Positions 38,619-46,825 of a stretch of 64,000 nt of DNA are shown here, one piece after another. Position numbers and translations under genes: made by a program. The stretch's first letter is position 1. Each line of letters begins with the position of its first letter. The DNA lies in IMG/VR virus record IMGVR_UViG_3300027908_000023, positions 6,369 to 70,368 of that record; one strand, written 5' to 3'. The notes below the pieces were generated by a model. The model had not been told where the DNA came from. It worked only from the letters and a program-made list of their open reading frames with translations, and did not search any database. The DNA comes from a virus.

Positions 38619-40124
38619 TCACGCATCACCGGCGATGCGCCGGCCCGACGGCCGATGAGATTCGGCGGGATCGTTGGCCCTTCTCAAACTGCTGGCCGCG
38701 TGCCGCATGGCGTCCAGTTGCGCGGTCTGCGTCCGGCTTGCCGGCGAGTAACCCTCGCAAACCTCCATGATGCTATCGGAGGTCGGCTTGCGCTTGGTGC
38801 GCCGGGCAACGGACGGGCAAAGGTATTCGGCGATCTCGCGGGAAGACCAGCCTTCCGTCGCCTGCGCGGCCGCGAGAGCGGCTTCCTCGATATTGTCACA
38901 ACCGAGCCTTGTGAAGTGGATGCGTGCCACGTCTCGACGCTCGGAAAGTCCGCCCAAATCGTAAAAGAATCTGGCCTGAAACCGACTCTCAAGGGCCGCG
39001 TCCAGCTTGTCGAGCCTATTGAGAGTCGCGACCACAAGCGCCATACTCTTGCTTTCCTGAAGCCAGGTCAGCAACTCGGCGAACATGCCGGAAGAGGTTC
39101 CACCGTCAAGCCCTTCCCTGGCAATGGTGTCGATTTCATCAATCACCACGACCAGCGGGCATTCCATTGACAGCGAATCAATGGTCGAAAGCGCCCGTCT
39201 CAATGCCTGTTCGGAGGCGCCAACAATGCCGGCCTTGAGGCCAGAGATGGAGAGGCGCACCGTTTCCGTATTGAGTTGCTGGCCGATCCAGCGGGCGCCA
39301 TAGCTCTTCCCCGTCCCCGGCAAACCAGCGCAGAGGATGCGCCGCACGGCCAATTGCGGATCACGTACCCACGGCACAACCTCTTGCGTGACATAATCGC
39401 GGAACCCAGACAACCCACCCAGATCCGCAACAGAAGGCCAGAGTTCCAGCCCGGCAGAGCGCAGTAGCCTTGCTCGCTCACCACGCAAGTAAGCCGGGTC
39501 CCAGGTGCCCTTGCGCGCCGCCAGGCACTCAGCGGCTGCTTGCTCTGCGACATCGCTATCCAGTCCGCCCAGAGCGTCAAGGACCGCCTCCGCATCGCCG
39601 TTGAGCGTATGCAGACTGGCCGCAATGGCTCGCAACGATTCCCGGCCGATGGCGGGAAGTCTCAATACCGGGATCGCGCCCCGCAGCGGGTTGGCCGGAG
39701 TCAGTTCCCACGAAGGTCCGACGAAGACCACCAGCGAGGCGGGATCGCTTGCCCCTGCGCCTTTGGGGCTGCGCAGGCCAGGCAGGGCATCGATCAGTTT
39801 CCGCCAATGGCCGGCCGAATTGATGAGCGTGTGGAAGTCATAGACCAGAAGCAACCTTCCCGGCGCTGCCTGTGCCCATGAGATACCACCAGCCAGGCCG
39901 GTAACGCCGTTCTCCGGTCTTCCCGTCCTGGCATCCTTGACGGCCTCGCTTGGCGCCGCCACGGTGCAGACCTGCGCGGCAGATGGTAGTTCGCTCAATA
40001 TCTGGCGAAGGAGCCGGGACTCTTCTCGTGTCTCGACCAGCACGGCACCGGTGCCGGCACGGTAGTGGCTGAGAATGAGCGGAGTTGGCTTCTGGCTGGT
40101 CTTGTTCTGAGTCGTGGTCGTCAT
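38619..40124 (-). CDS. Ycf46-like AAA+ ATPase
   Basis: Walker A GLPGTGKS, Walker B VVVIDEID, second region of homology ATLN..LDAALESRF; degenerate N-terminal domain. Confidence 0.8.
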   Translation of the reverse strand: MTTTTQNKTSQKPTPLILSHYRAGTGAVLVETREESRLLRQILSELPSAAQVCTVAAPSEAVKDARTGRPENGVTGLAGGISWAQAAPGRLLLVYDFHTLINSAGHWRKLIDALPGLRSPKGAGASDPASLVVFVGPSWELTPANPLRGAIPVLRLPAIGRESLRAIAASLHTLNGDAEAVLDALGGLDSDVAEQAAAECLAARKGTWDPAYLRGERARLLRSAGLELWPSVADLGGLSGFRDYVTQEVVPWVRDPQLAVRRILCAGLPGTGKSYGARWIGQQLNTETVRLSISGLKAGIVGASEQALRRALSTIDSLSMECPLVVVIDEIDTIAREGLDGGTSSGMFAELLTWLQESKSMALVVATLNRLDKLDAALESRFQARFFYDLGGLSERRDVARIHFTRLGCDNIEEAALAAAQATEGWSSREIAEYLCPSVARRTKRKPTSDSIMEVCEGYSPASRTQTAQLDAMRHAASSLRRANDPAESHRPSGRRIAGDA

Positions 40125-40222
40125 GGCTTTCTCCCTGGATCTTGCCGTCTTGCGGCGTGGTTGATTGTTCTATAGATGTATTCGCTGGCTGTCCGCCGAC
40201 ATTTAAGCGATAGAGCGAAATA

Positions 40223-40627
40223 TCATATTTTGCCGGCGCGAACAAGGGCAGTTGTGGCGCTGATATGCTTGCAATGTCCGTGAGCCTCGAAGCCCTTGCA
40301 GTCGCAGCACGCCGGCCCCTCATCGACGATGGTTTCTCCTTCCGGGCTGGTCATCACCGTGCCACCCGGACCGCCGATGTTGGTGTGATAGACCTCGCCA
40401 CCCTGGGCGAAGAACTTCGTCCAGCGCACGGCGAAGCCCCAATCGCTGGGGATGACGCAAAGCCAGTAGAGCGTAGACTTCTCGGAGCGCGGTCCGCGCT
40501 CCAGGATCTCGACCATGCACTCCTGGCCGCGCGAACGGCGCGTCAAGAGGCGGATCACGCGGGATTTCGGCTTGCGGCCGGACTTGGCCTTGACGGGATG
40601 GGTGTCGGAACCGTAGGTTACGGTCAT
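40223..40627 (-). CDS. SWIM zinc-finger protein
   Basis: CDCKGFEAHGHCKH. Confidence 0.75.
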   Translation of the reverse strand: MTVTYGSDTHPVKAKSGRKPKSRVIRLLTRRSRGQECMVEILERGPRSEKSTLYWLCVIPSDWGFAVRWTKFFAQGGEVYHTNIGGPGGTVMTSPEGETIVDEGPACCDCKGFEAHGHCKHISATTALVRAGKI

Positions 40628-40757
40628 GGTGAACGAGCCTCCAAGAAGGTTGGTTTACCGATCCGGCCGGTGTTACGAGCACTGGCCGGATCATTGTTTT
40701 CTCTACATGGTTATTCGCTGGCCGGTAGCGATTATTTAATCCAGCCAGTAGCTTTTC

Positions 40758-40908
40758 TCAGATTTCCTCATCGTTCGCCGGCCTGCCGAATACCCATCTC
40801 TCCACACACGTACAGACAATCAGCGTGCCGAACGGCAGCCAGGCCCACGGCGATACCGTGAGTGCCAGCGCGGCCAGGGCAGCCAGAGTACAGATACGAA
40901 TGGTGGAC
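40758..40908 (-). pseudogene. 50-aa membrane protein whose ATG is split by the TnpB element
   Basis: Joining 42231-42232 (AT) to 40908 (G) restores GGAGG-N7-ATG and MSTIRICTLAALAALALTVSPWAWLPFGTLIVCTCVERWVFGRPANDEEI. Confidence 0.8.
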
Positions 40909-42230
40909 GTGACTACTCCACCGCGTTAACGCGGCGGCTTCTTGGCGGACGCTTGGCCCGTTGGCCTACGTTGACCGCCACTGGCGCAGTCCGCGCCAGT
41001 CCTCTTGCGAGGATGTTTCGAGCAGCATTGATGTCCCGATCAAGAGAGAGCCCGCAGTGATGACAGTGGTGCCATCTTACCGTGAGATCCTTGACCACCA
41101 GCGCGCCGCATTCGGAGCAGCGCTGCGTGGTTCCACGGGGATCAACCTCCACGAACCGCACTCCGGCTTTTTCAGCCTGGCAGCGCAGAACGCTCAGGAA
41201 GCCGGCCCAGCCGGCGTCACTGATCGACCGGGTGTACCTGCCGGTCGCCAACATCCCCTTGATGTCGAGCGCTTCGGCAGCGATAAACCCGGACGAGAGC
41301 ACCAAACGACGGGCGACCTGAAGGTGATGCTCGCGCCTGAGATTCTTCACGCGAGCGTGAAGTTTCTGCAAGCGCTTCACGGCCTTGCGGCGGTTCTTGC
41401 CGCCCTTCTGTTTGCGGACCATCGAGCGACCGGCGCGGCGCAGTTCAGGCAGGGCGGTCTTGAGGTAACGCGGGTTGGCTTCCGTGGTCCCCTCGCTGGT
41501 GGTCAGGAAGTGGGTCAGGCCAACGTCGATACCCACGGCAGGCAAACCGTTATCGACAATCACCACGTCGGGCAACTCACAGGAGAAGACCACGAACCAC
41601 TTGCCCGCTTCGCGCTTAATGGTGACGGTCTTGATCGTGCCTTCAACGGGCCGATGCAGCTTGACGCGAATCGTGCCGACGTGCTGGACATAGAGTTTGT
41701 TGCCGGTCAACCTGGTGCCGTCGCGGTAGGCTGGGAACTCGAAACTGTCGAAGCGGTCGCGTCCCTTGAATCGCGGAAAGCCGGCCTTGCCCGTGCCCTG
41801 GCTGACACGACGGAAGAAGTTGGCGTAGGACTTGTCGAGACGGCGCATCGTGGCTTGCGCACTGGAGAAGTTCAGGCGGGCGAAAAAGGGATTGGTGGCC
41901 CTCTGTCCCTTGAACCATCCCGATTGATCAGCATACTTCACCGAAATCCCGGTGGATTCGTAGCCGATGATTCGCTGCTCCAGACAGGCGTTGTACAGCC
42001 TGCGATGAGTTTCTAGGCAGGTAGCGAGTTCGCGCTCCTGGTTGGCGTTGGCGAACAGACGGTAGCGGAAGGCGCGGCGCATCGATTCTCTCGCGTCAGT
42101 AAACGGGCGTCCATGATGTCATCATATCCCTGGCAGACAGCGAGTCAAGAGTTGTTGGCGGATTTTATTTGAAGCGATGTCCGGCAATGGGACCGTCGCG
42201 TGAACGCGACGGTCCCATTGCCGGGAATTT
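40909..42230 (-). mobile_element. IS200/IS605-family solo-TnpB element (IS1341-like), 1322 bp
   Basis: Left-end 20-bp perfect hairpin at 42181-42224; right-end hairpin ending TCAC at 40909; no tnpA. Confidence 0.85.
40913..42082 (-). CDS. tnpB: TnpB RNA-guided nuclease
   Basis: AFRYRL, GIDVGL (D), AEAL (E), CSECG..CHHCG, DRDINAARNI (D). Confidence 0.95.
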   Translation of the reverse strand: MRRAFRYRLFANANQERELATCLETHRRLYNACLEQRIIGYESTGISVKYADQSGWFKGQRATNPFFARLNFSSAQATMRRLDKSYANFFRRVSQGTGKAGFPRFKGRDRFDSFEFPAYRDGTRLTGNKLYVQHVGTIRVKLHRPVEGTIKTVTIKREAGKWFVVFSCELPDVVIVDNGLPAVGIDVGLTHFLTTSEGTTEANPRYLKTALPELRRAGRSMVRKQKGGKNRRKAVKRLQKLHARVKNLRREHHLQVARRLVLSSGFIAAEALDIKGMLATGRYTRSISDAGWAGFLSVLRCQAEKAGVRFVEVDPRGTTQRCSECGALVVKDLTVRWHHCHHCGLSLDRDINAARNILARGLARTAPVAVNVGQRAKRPPRSRRVNAVE

Positions 42231-42260
42231 ATGGTGATTCCTCCCGCGCCGGTTGCCAGA

Positions 42261-42464
42261 TCACGCCCAGCAGATCCCCTGCGCCAGCATGTAGGCTTCG
42301 CGTGCTTTCTTGACAGCATCAATCTCAGCGTTGATCTTGCGAACCTCCGGCCAGTTGAGGCTCTTGCGCGCCCGGTAGAGGCGCTTGCCCAAAGCGAACA
42401 ACTTGTCGCTCAGACGGTTGATCTCGGCTTCTTGTTCGGGCGTCCAGACGGCAGTGACGAGCAT
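42261..42464 (-). CDS. small coiled-coil protein
   Basis: Follows promoter 42501. Confidence 0.6.
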   Translation of the reverse strand: MLVTAVWTPEQEAEINRLSDKLFALGKRLYRARKSLNWPEVRKINAEIDAVKKAREAYMLAQGICWA

Positions 42465-42784
42465 GGTTGTTTTCCTGATCTCAAAAGCGGCGACATGAGG
42501 TTATTCGCCGCACCGCCATTTAGATTTAAGCGCCGGTACGGTTTTTCTTTCGCCGGCATGGATGCGGATAGCTTCCCGGCTCGAAGACATCCACCTCCTG
42601 GATCGGCCGCAACAGCGCGGCCGAATCGCAATGACACGGTTGCCCGGCCAGATTATTACCGCCGAAACTCTCCTGGCAACCGCAACGGTCGCAGAAAAAC
42701 ACCCGAGCCGAGAATTCAGCCCACTCTTCCGCGAAGGTCCTCGGGACAACAATGTGGTCGTCTTCCATGTTCGCTCTCCCTCTC

Positions 42785-43585
42785 TCAGATCAACCCGCCA
42801 GCCCGCATCGCCCGGCGGATCAACTCCGCCATCGTGGTATCGTTGTCGAGTGCCCGTCTCTTCAATGCTCGGTGTTCCGTCTCGCTGACCTTCAGCGCCA
42901 TGGTGACCAGTTGCTCTTCCGTCGCCGGTTGCTCGCCATCCTCCACCAATCCGCCCAGCGCGGCCAGTACGTCACTCTGTTTGATAAATGTGCGCCCCAC
43001 CACCAACCCGCCGCGTTCGCGGTCCGGCCTCACGCGACCCTGCGCCGGTTGCTTCTTGTGATGACCAGTACCGTTTTTCATCGCCCGGGATTCCAGCCAA
43101 AGAATCTGCTCCTCTTTGGATCGCTTGTGGTCATTGGCAAAGACCTGGAGTCTTTGGCTGTTATCCAGCTTCGTCGGATCGTGCTGCCGGTCAGTCCACA
43201 CATCGCCCTGGCGTACCACCAGCGTGACCGTCTCGCCGCGCGCAAGCGCCTGCTGATCGGTCAGCGGCAGACCAGCCACTTTCGAGATGAGCGGCGGATA
43301 TTCGGCGAACCGCGCCACGACCGGAGGCCAGAGCCTGCCGCTGGCGATCTGCCGGAGGTAGGTGAGCAGCGGCAATCTCAATTCCGAGATGTCCTCGCCG
43401 CGCTCTTCCAGGGTTCGCACGATCAGCGCCAACCTCAAGAGACTTGCGGCCGTGATACTGAGACTATCGGCCAGTGCCTGGCGCAGCTCTTGCGTCGAGA
43501 GGGCGACAATGCGCTCTTCCTCCCCGCTAGGTAGCAATTCCTGCATCGGCAGGGCGCGCAAGACAAGGGTTCCGTTGGTGTTCAT
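42785..43585 (-). CDS. hypothetical protein, possibly with a C-terminal RHH-like segment
   Basis: 266 aa; MALKVSETEHRALKRRAL..MAELIRRAM at the C-terminus. Confidence 0.65.
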   Translation of the reverse strand: MNTNGTLVLRALPMQELLPSGEEERIVALSTQELRQALADSLSITAASLLRLALIVRTLEERGEDISELRLPLLTYLRQIASGRLWPPVVARFAEYPPLISKVAGLPLTDQQALARGETVTLVVRQGDVWTDRQHDPTKLDNSQRLQVFANDHKRSKEEQILWLESRAMKNGTGHHKKQPAQGRVRPDRERGGLVVGRTFIKQSDVLAALGGLVEDGEQPATEEQLVTMALKVSETEHRALKRRALDNDTTMAELIRRAMRAGGLI

Positions 43586-44265
43586 TGGGTTTGTTTCTCC
43601 TCAATGTTAGTTATCTCATCCAGTTGCTTCCCGAGCCGCGCCGCATAGACGATCTGCCGGCGCTTCTTATTGATCTCGTTGCTGTTGCGCCGCACCGCTT
43701 CGTACTGGCAATGCGGCTTGTTGCATGTCTTGCGGAAGTTATGGCCGACAAAAGGCTCCTGGCAGATCGAGCAAACAATCTCCACCTTGCGCTCCGCAGC
43801 GCGTGCCCGGTTGCGCGCCAGGGATCTGCGCATCATCTCCTCGCGGTATTCATCGCTCTTGGCGTTCCAGCGCTCCAGCGCCAACCTCCGCCTCCGCTCC
43901 ATGTCGCAATCCGTGCTACAGGTGCGCGAACCGTGGTAACCGTTCCAGCCGCGCCCGCAAATCTCACAGATGTTGAGGCGCTCTTCCCGGTACGCCTGCA
44001 CCCATTCCTCGATGGCAGGCTTGCCCCAGCGCCGCCAGCGCTCATTGTGCATGTGGCAGAGTCCAGAGCGAGCCACGGCCTTCAGGCAACATACCAGACA
44101 TTTCCTCTCCGGTACGCGATACGCTGGGATGCCGAGCCGCTGCCGGCGACGGTTCAGCGTCGTCTCATTCATGCCGATGCGCCGGGCCAGCACGGCATCC
44201 GGCATGGTGCCCAGCAGCGGCAGGATCTCCGGCCAGCGGTCCTCTGGGGGCTTGGCTTCGCTCAT
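43582..44265 (-). CDS. HTH and zinc-finger-containing protein
   Basis: DAVLARRIG..LNRRRQRLGI; several CxxC..CxxxC motifs. Confidence 0.65.
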   Translation of the reverse strand: MSEAKPPEDRWPEILPLLGTMPDAVLARRIGMNETTLNRRRQRLGIPAYRVPERKCLVCCLKAVARSGLCHMHNERWRRWGKPAIEEWVQAYREERLNICEICGRGWNGYHGSRTCSTDCDMERRRRLALERWNAKSDEYREEMMRRSLARNRARAAERKVEIVCSICQEPFVGHNFRKTCNKPHCQYEAVRRNSNEINKKRRQIVYAARLGKQLDEITNIEEKQTQ

Positions 44266-44270
44266 TGCCG

Positions 44271-44870
44271 TTACTCCTTGACGACCAGCGGCTTCGCGGC
44301 CGGTTCCGGCCCGTTCCAGTTGCACGGTTGATTGCTGTTTCCCTCAGACAACGGCACGCCGCCGCAATCGCTGTTGCACTGGTAGACTCCGGCATCCAGG
44401 TCATAGCCGAACGCCCAGCCACCACATTGAGGGCAGCGAAACTCACCGGTAGTGGTTTCTTCGGCGTCCAGGTCTTCCGCAAACGCCGGATCGGATGCCA
44501 GCACTTCGCTGACCTGCGCGGCGAAGCATCTACGTATGTCGGCCAGCAGGCGTCCCTGGCGCTCCCGGTAGTGCTCGCCGGTCGGCCAACCGCCGACGTG
44601 CCGGCAAGGATCATAGGCCGACAGGGCACCGGCCAGTTCCACCGCGCTGGCGAACCACTCGGCGTGGTTGTGCCCTGGCTCTCCCTGATATTGCGAGCGG
44701 TAGGTGATGCACAGAACCCAGAGATTGTTGTCGGTCGTATAGATCGACACATCATGCCAGCGCGACTGCTCCTTGCCGAGCAAGCGACGGCCCTCGGATT
44801 CGCTTACCAGTTCGCCCGTAAAGCGCAGCGGCGCTCTGCCGCTGCGCGAGAGAATGAATGACTCAGACAT
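44271..44870 (-). CDS. hypothetical protein with a C-terminal zinc ribbon
   Basis: Start at MSESFIL; CPQCG. Confidence 0.65.
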   Translation of the reverse strand: MSESFILSRSGRAPLRFTGELVSESEGRRLLGKEQSRWHDVSIYTTDNNLWVLCITYRSQYQGEPGHNHAEWFASAVELAGALSAYDPCRHVGGWPTGEHYRERQGRLLADIRRCFAAQVSEVLASDPAFAEDLDAEETTTGEFRCPQCGGWAFGYDLDAGVYQCNSDCGGVPLSEGNSNQPCNWNGPEPAAKPLVVKE

Positions 44871-44892
44871 TGAGATTGCTCCTCTTGATGGA

Positions 44893-45993
44893 TCAGACAA
44901 CAGAAATAGCCGCATCGACCACCGCGCCGCCGTGCTCTCTCCTGCCAGCATCGCACAGCGCATCAAGGATAATTGCCATCTCAGTATTTGCCTTGAGGCC
45001 AACCGAGCCAGCCAGATCCTTCCGGCTCAGCACCTTCTCGCCCTTGGCCAGATCGCGATACTCGCCATCAACCTCCACAACCATGACCTTATGCGTGCCG
45101 ATGCCGGTTCCGCGCTCCTGCCGGACGGCGATCAGGTCCAGAACCTCGGAACCGTCCTCCAGATAACCGGCCGGTTCCGCGTCCAGCACAACCTCATCCC
45201 GGTAGGTGTCCAACGAGCGAGCGCTCACGGTATCCATCCAGTCGCGCCTTACGGTCATGGTGTGGACGCTCTCCTGTTTGCGGAACGTGCAGCGTGAGGA
45301 GTATTGCTCGCCCTTGCTCATGTGCGAAGTTGCGCCGGGCGCAACTTCCGTGCCGGGCGGAAGGACCACCACGCGAACCGCATGCCCCTGCTTGGCCGTG
45401 CGATAATCGCAAGAGTCATAGGCAGCCCGGACACCGCTCCGCGCCGGCTTCTCCAGTTCGCGCTGACGGTCATAAGCTTTCCGGCGACGCGCTTCCTCGC
45501 GGGCAGCCAGACGGCGTTCTTCCGCGACCTCAACGGCCAGAACCGCGACGGCTTCTTGCACGACCGCTTTTCGCTCGTATTGAAGCAACTCCTGCGTGTA
45601 GGTCTTGTTCGCCCGCGCTGCCATCAATGCCAGCGTGTGGAAGCCAGGATCGGCCAACAACTCCGTTGCCGTCATGGGCCGGCGATCGCGGATGCGTGCG
45701 GCCAGCGCTTCGGCCGACAACTTGGCCGGGCAGCGGTCCGCGTTGCGGTCCGTGATCCGCCAGTATTCCTTCCTGATGGCCTGGCGAACCGCGCCGGGAG
45801 CATCAGAGGCAGGACTCATGCCGTGGAAAAAGTTGTGGTTGGTAAATTGCTCAATGCTCACCGACAACTCGGTATAGCCGCGAACGCGCACCAGTGCGTC
45901 GGCCGGCATCGGCAACGGGAAGTCCGGGCAAAGGTCGGACAAGAGGTAGACGGTATCGGTGTAGGTGCTGGCGCTGACGGAAGAAGTGCTCAT
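44893..45993 (-). CDS. hypothetical protein
   Basis: Follows promoter 46078; C-terminal ILDALCDAG resembles a planctomycete motif. Confidence 0.7.
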   Translation of the reverse strand: MSTSSVSASTYTDTVYLLSDLCPDFPLPMPADALVRVRGYTELSVSIEQFTNHNFFHGMSPASDAPGAVRQAIRKEYWRITDRNADRCPAKLSAEALAARIRDRRPMTATELLADPGFHTLALMAARANKTYTQELLQYERKAVVQEAVAVLAVEVAEERRLAAREEARRRKAYDRQRELEKPARSGVRAAYDSCDYRTAKQGHAVRVVVLPPGTEVAPGATSHMSKGEQYSSRCTFRKQESVHTMTVRRDWMDTVSARSLDTYRDEVVLDAEPAGYLEDGSEVLDLIAVRQERGTGIGTHKVMVVEVDGEYRDLAKGEKVLSRKDLAGSVGLKANTEMAIILDALCDAGRREHGGAVVDAAISVV

Positions 45994-46199
45994 CTGAAGA
46001 TCCCTTAGCCAAGTTCTGCGTTGGCTTCGCATTGCCAGACAAGGCGGCTGGCTCGCTTCGTTTGTCTTTCTATCAAGCTATTCGCTGGTCGTCAAGGGAG
46101 ATTTGAGCGGAAGAGGAGATTTTTCAGAAAAGCGCTGGTTCGTCTTTGCGAACTTGAAGCGACGAAATTCGTCGTTTCAAGACGTGGCCGGTTGGCCTA

Positions 46200-46568
46200 T
46201 CAATACTTCCGTTTCCAGATCGGGAAGTAATCCAGGCCGGCGCGGCGCAGATGTTGCCAGCACCATTTCCCTTTGCTGCCGGCACTTAGGAATGATTCGT
46301 ACATGCCAACCGTCACGCCAACATACTGGTATTCGCTGCCAGCGCCAGTCTTCGCCCGGTTGAGGAACCGTACTCGCAAGATCCCCGCCGTGCCCGGTAC
46401 ACCGCCGCCATAGAAGGCGAACGAATGCACGTTGCTGGATACAACCTTGATCCATGCTTCTGATGTCGCGAAATACTCGCCGGGCGTGTATTCAATAACC
46501 TGAAGCCGCGCCAGATCGATTTCCTTGGCACGGCCGAACAGGCGACGAAAGGTGTCGCGAATGGACAT
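46200..46568 (-). CDS. KTSC domain protein
   Basis: SSNV...Y...LRVRF...Y.Y..V....Y..FLSAGSKGK. Confidence 0.75.
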   Translation of the reverse strand: MSIRDTFRRLFGRAKEIDLARLQVIEYTPGEYFATSEAWIKVVSSNVHSFAFYGGGVPGTAGILRVRFLNRAKTGAGSEYQYVGVTVGMYESFLSAGSKGKWCWQHLRRAGLDYFPIWKRKY

Positions 46569-46570
46569 GA

Positions 46571-46825
46571 TTAATCTTCGCTCGGCAGGGTCGCTTCGGC
46601 GCGCTGCCAGATCGCCAGCGCGACGGCGTTCTGTGGCCGGTTCAGGTCTTTGCGGTCCTGGCAATCATAAAGCGCCATGCGCAATACAGACTCTTCGGTT
46701 TGTAGCACTGGAGTGTTTGCGTTGAAGTACGGAGCGTTAAGGATCAAGGTCGCCTGCGCCTGAAATGCTGGCGTCATCACCAGATCCGGGTCGGCCGGGA
46801 AATGGTTGCCGGTTGAATTATTCAT
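46571..46825 (-). CDS. hypothetical protein
   Basis: ATGA overlap with the portal stop. Confidence 0.6.
   Translation of the reverse strand: MNNSTGNHFPADPDLVMTPAFQAQATLILNAPYFNANTPVLQTEESVLRMALYDCQDRKDLNRPQNAVALAIWQRAEATLPSED

Noticed and set aside
6207-40915. Genome-wide TAG recoding
   Set aside because: TAG is a normal stop at 6207 and 7041 (each directly followed by the next SD) and at 37375, as well as in both tnpB genes; long genes contain no internal TAG.
32490-42016. Long plus-strand ORFs (e.g. 32490-33740, 35218-36489, 40961-42016; also 9200-10045, 10436-11575 and minus-strand 12398-13852)
   Set aside because: Antisense shadows of real genes caused by GC-rich codon bias; no motifs or RBS.
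32532-42230. IStron (group I intron plus IS) for either TnpB element
   Set aside because: Only ~40 nt (IS607) and ~150 nt (solo TnpB) lie between the left end and the first ORF, and that space is taken by a promoter and hairpin.
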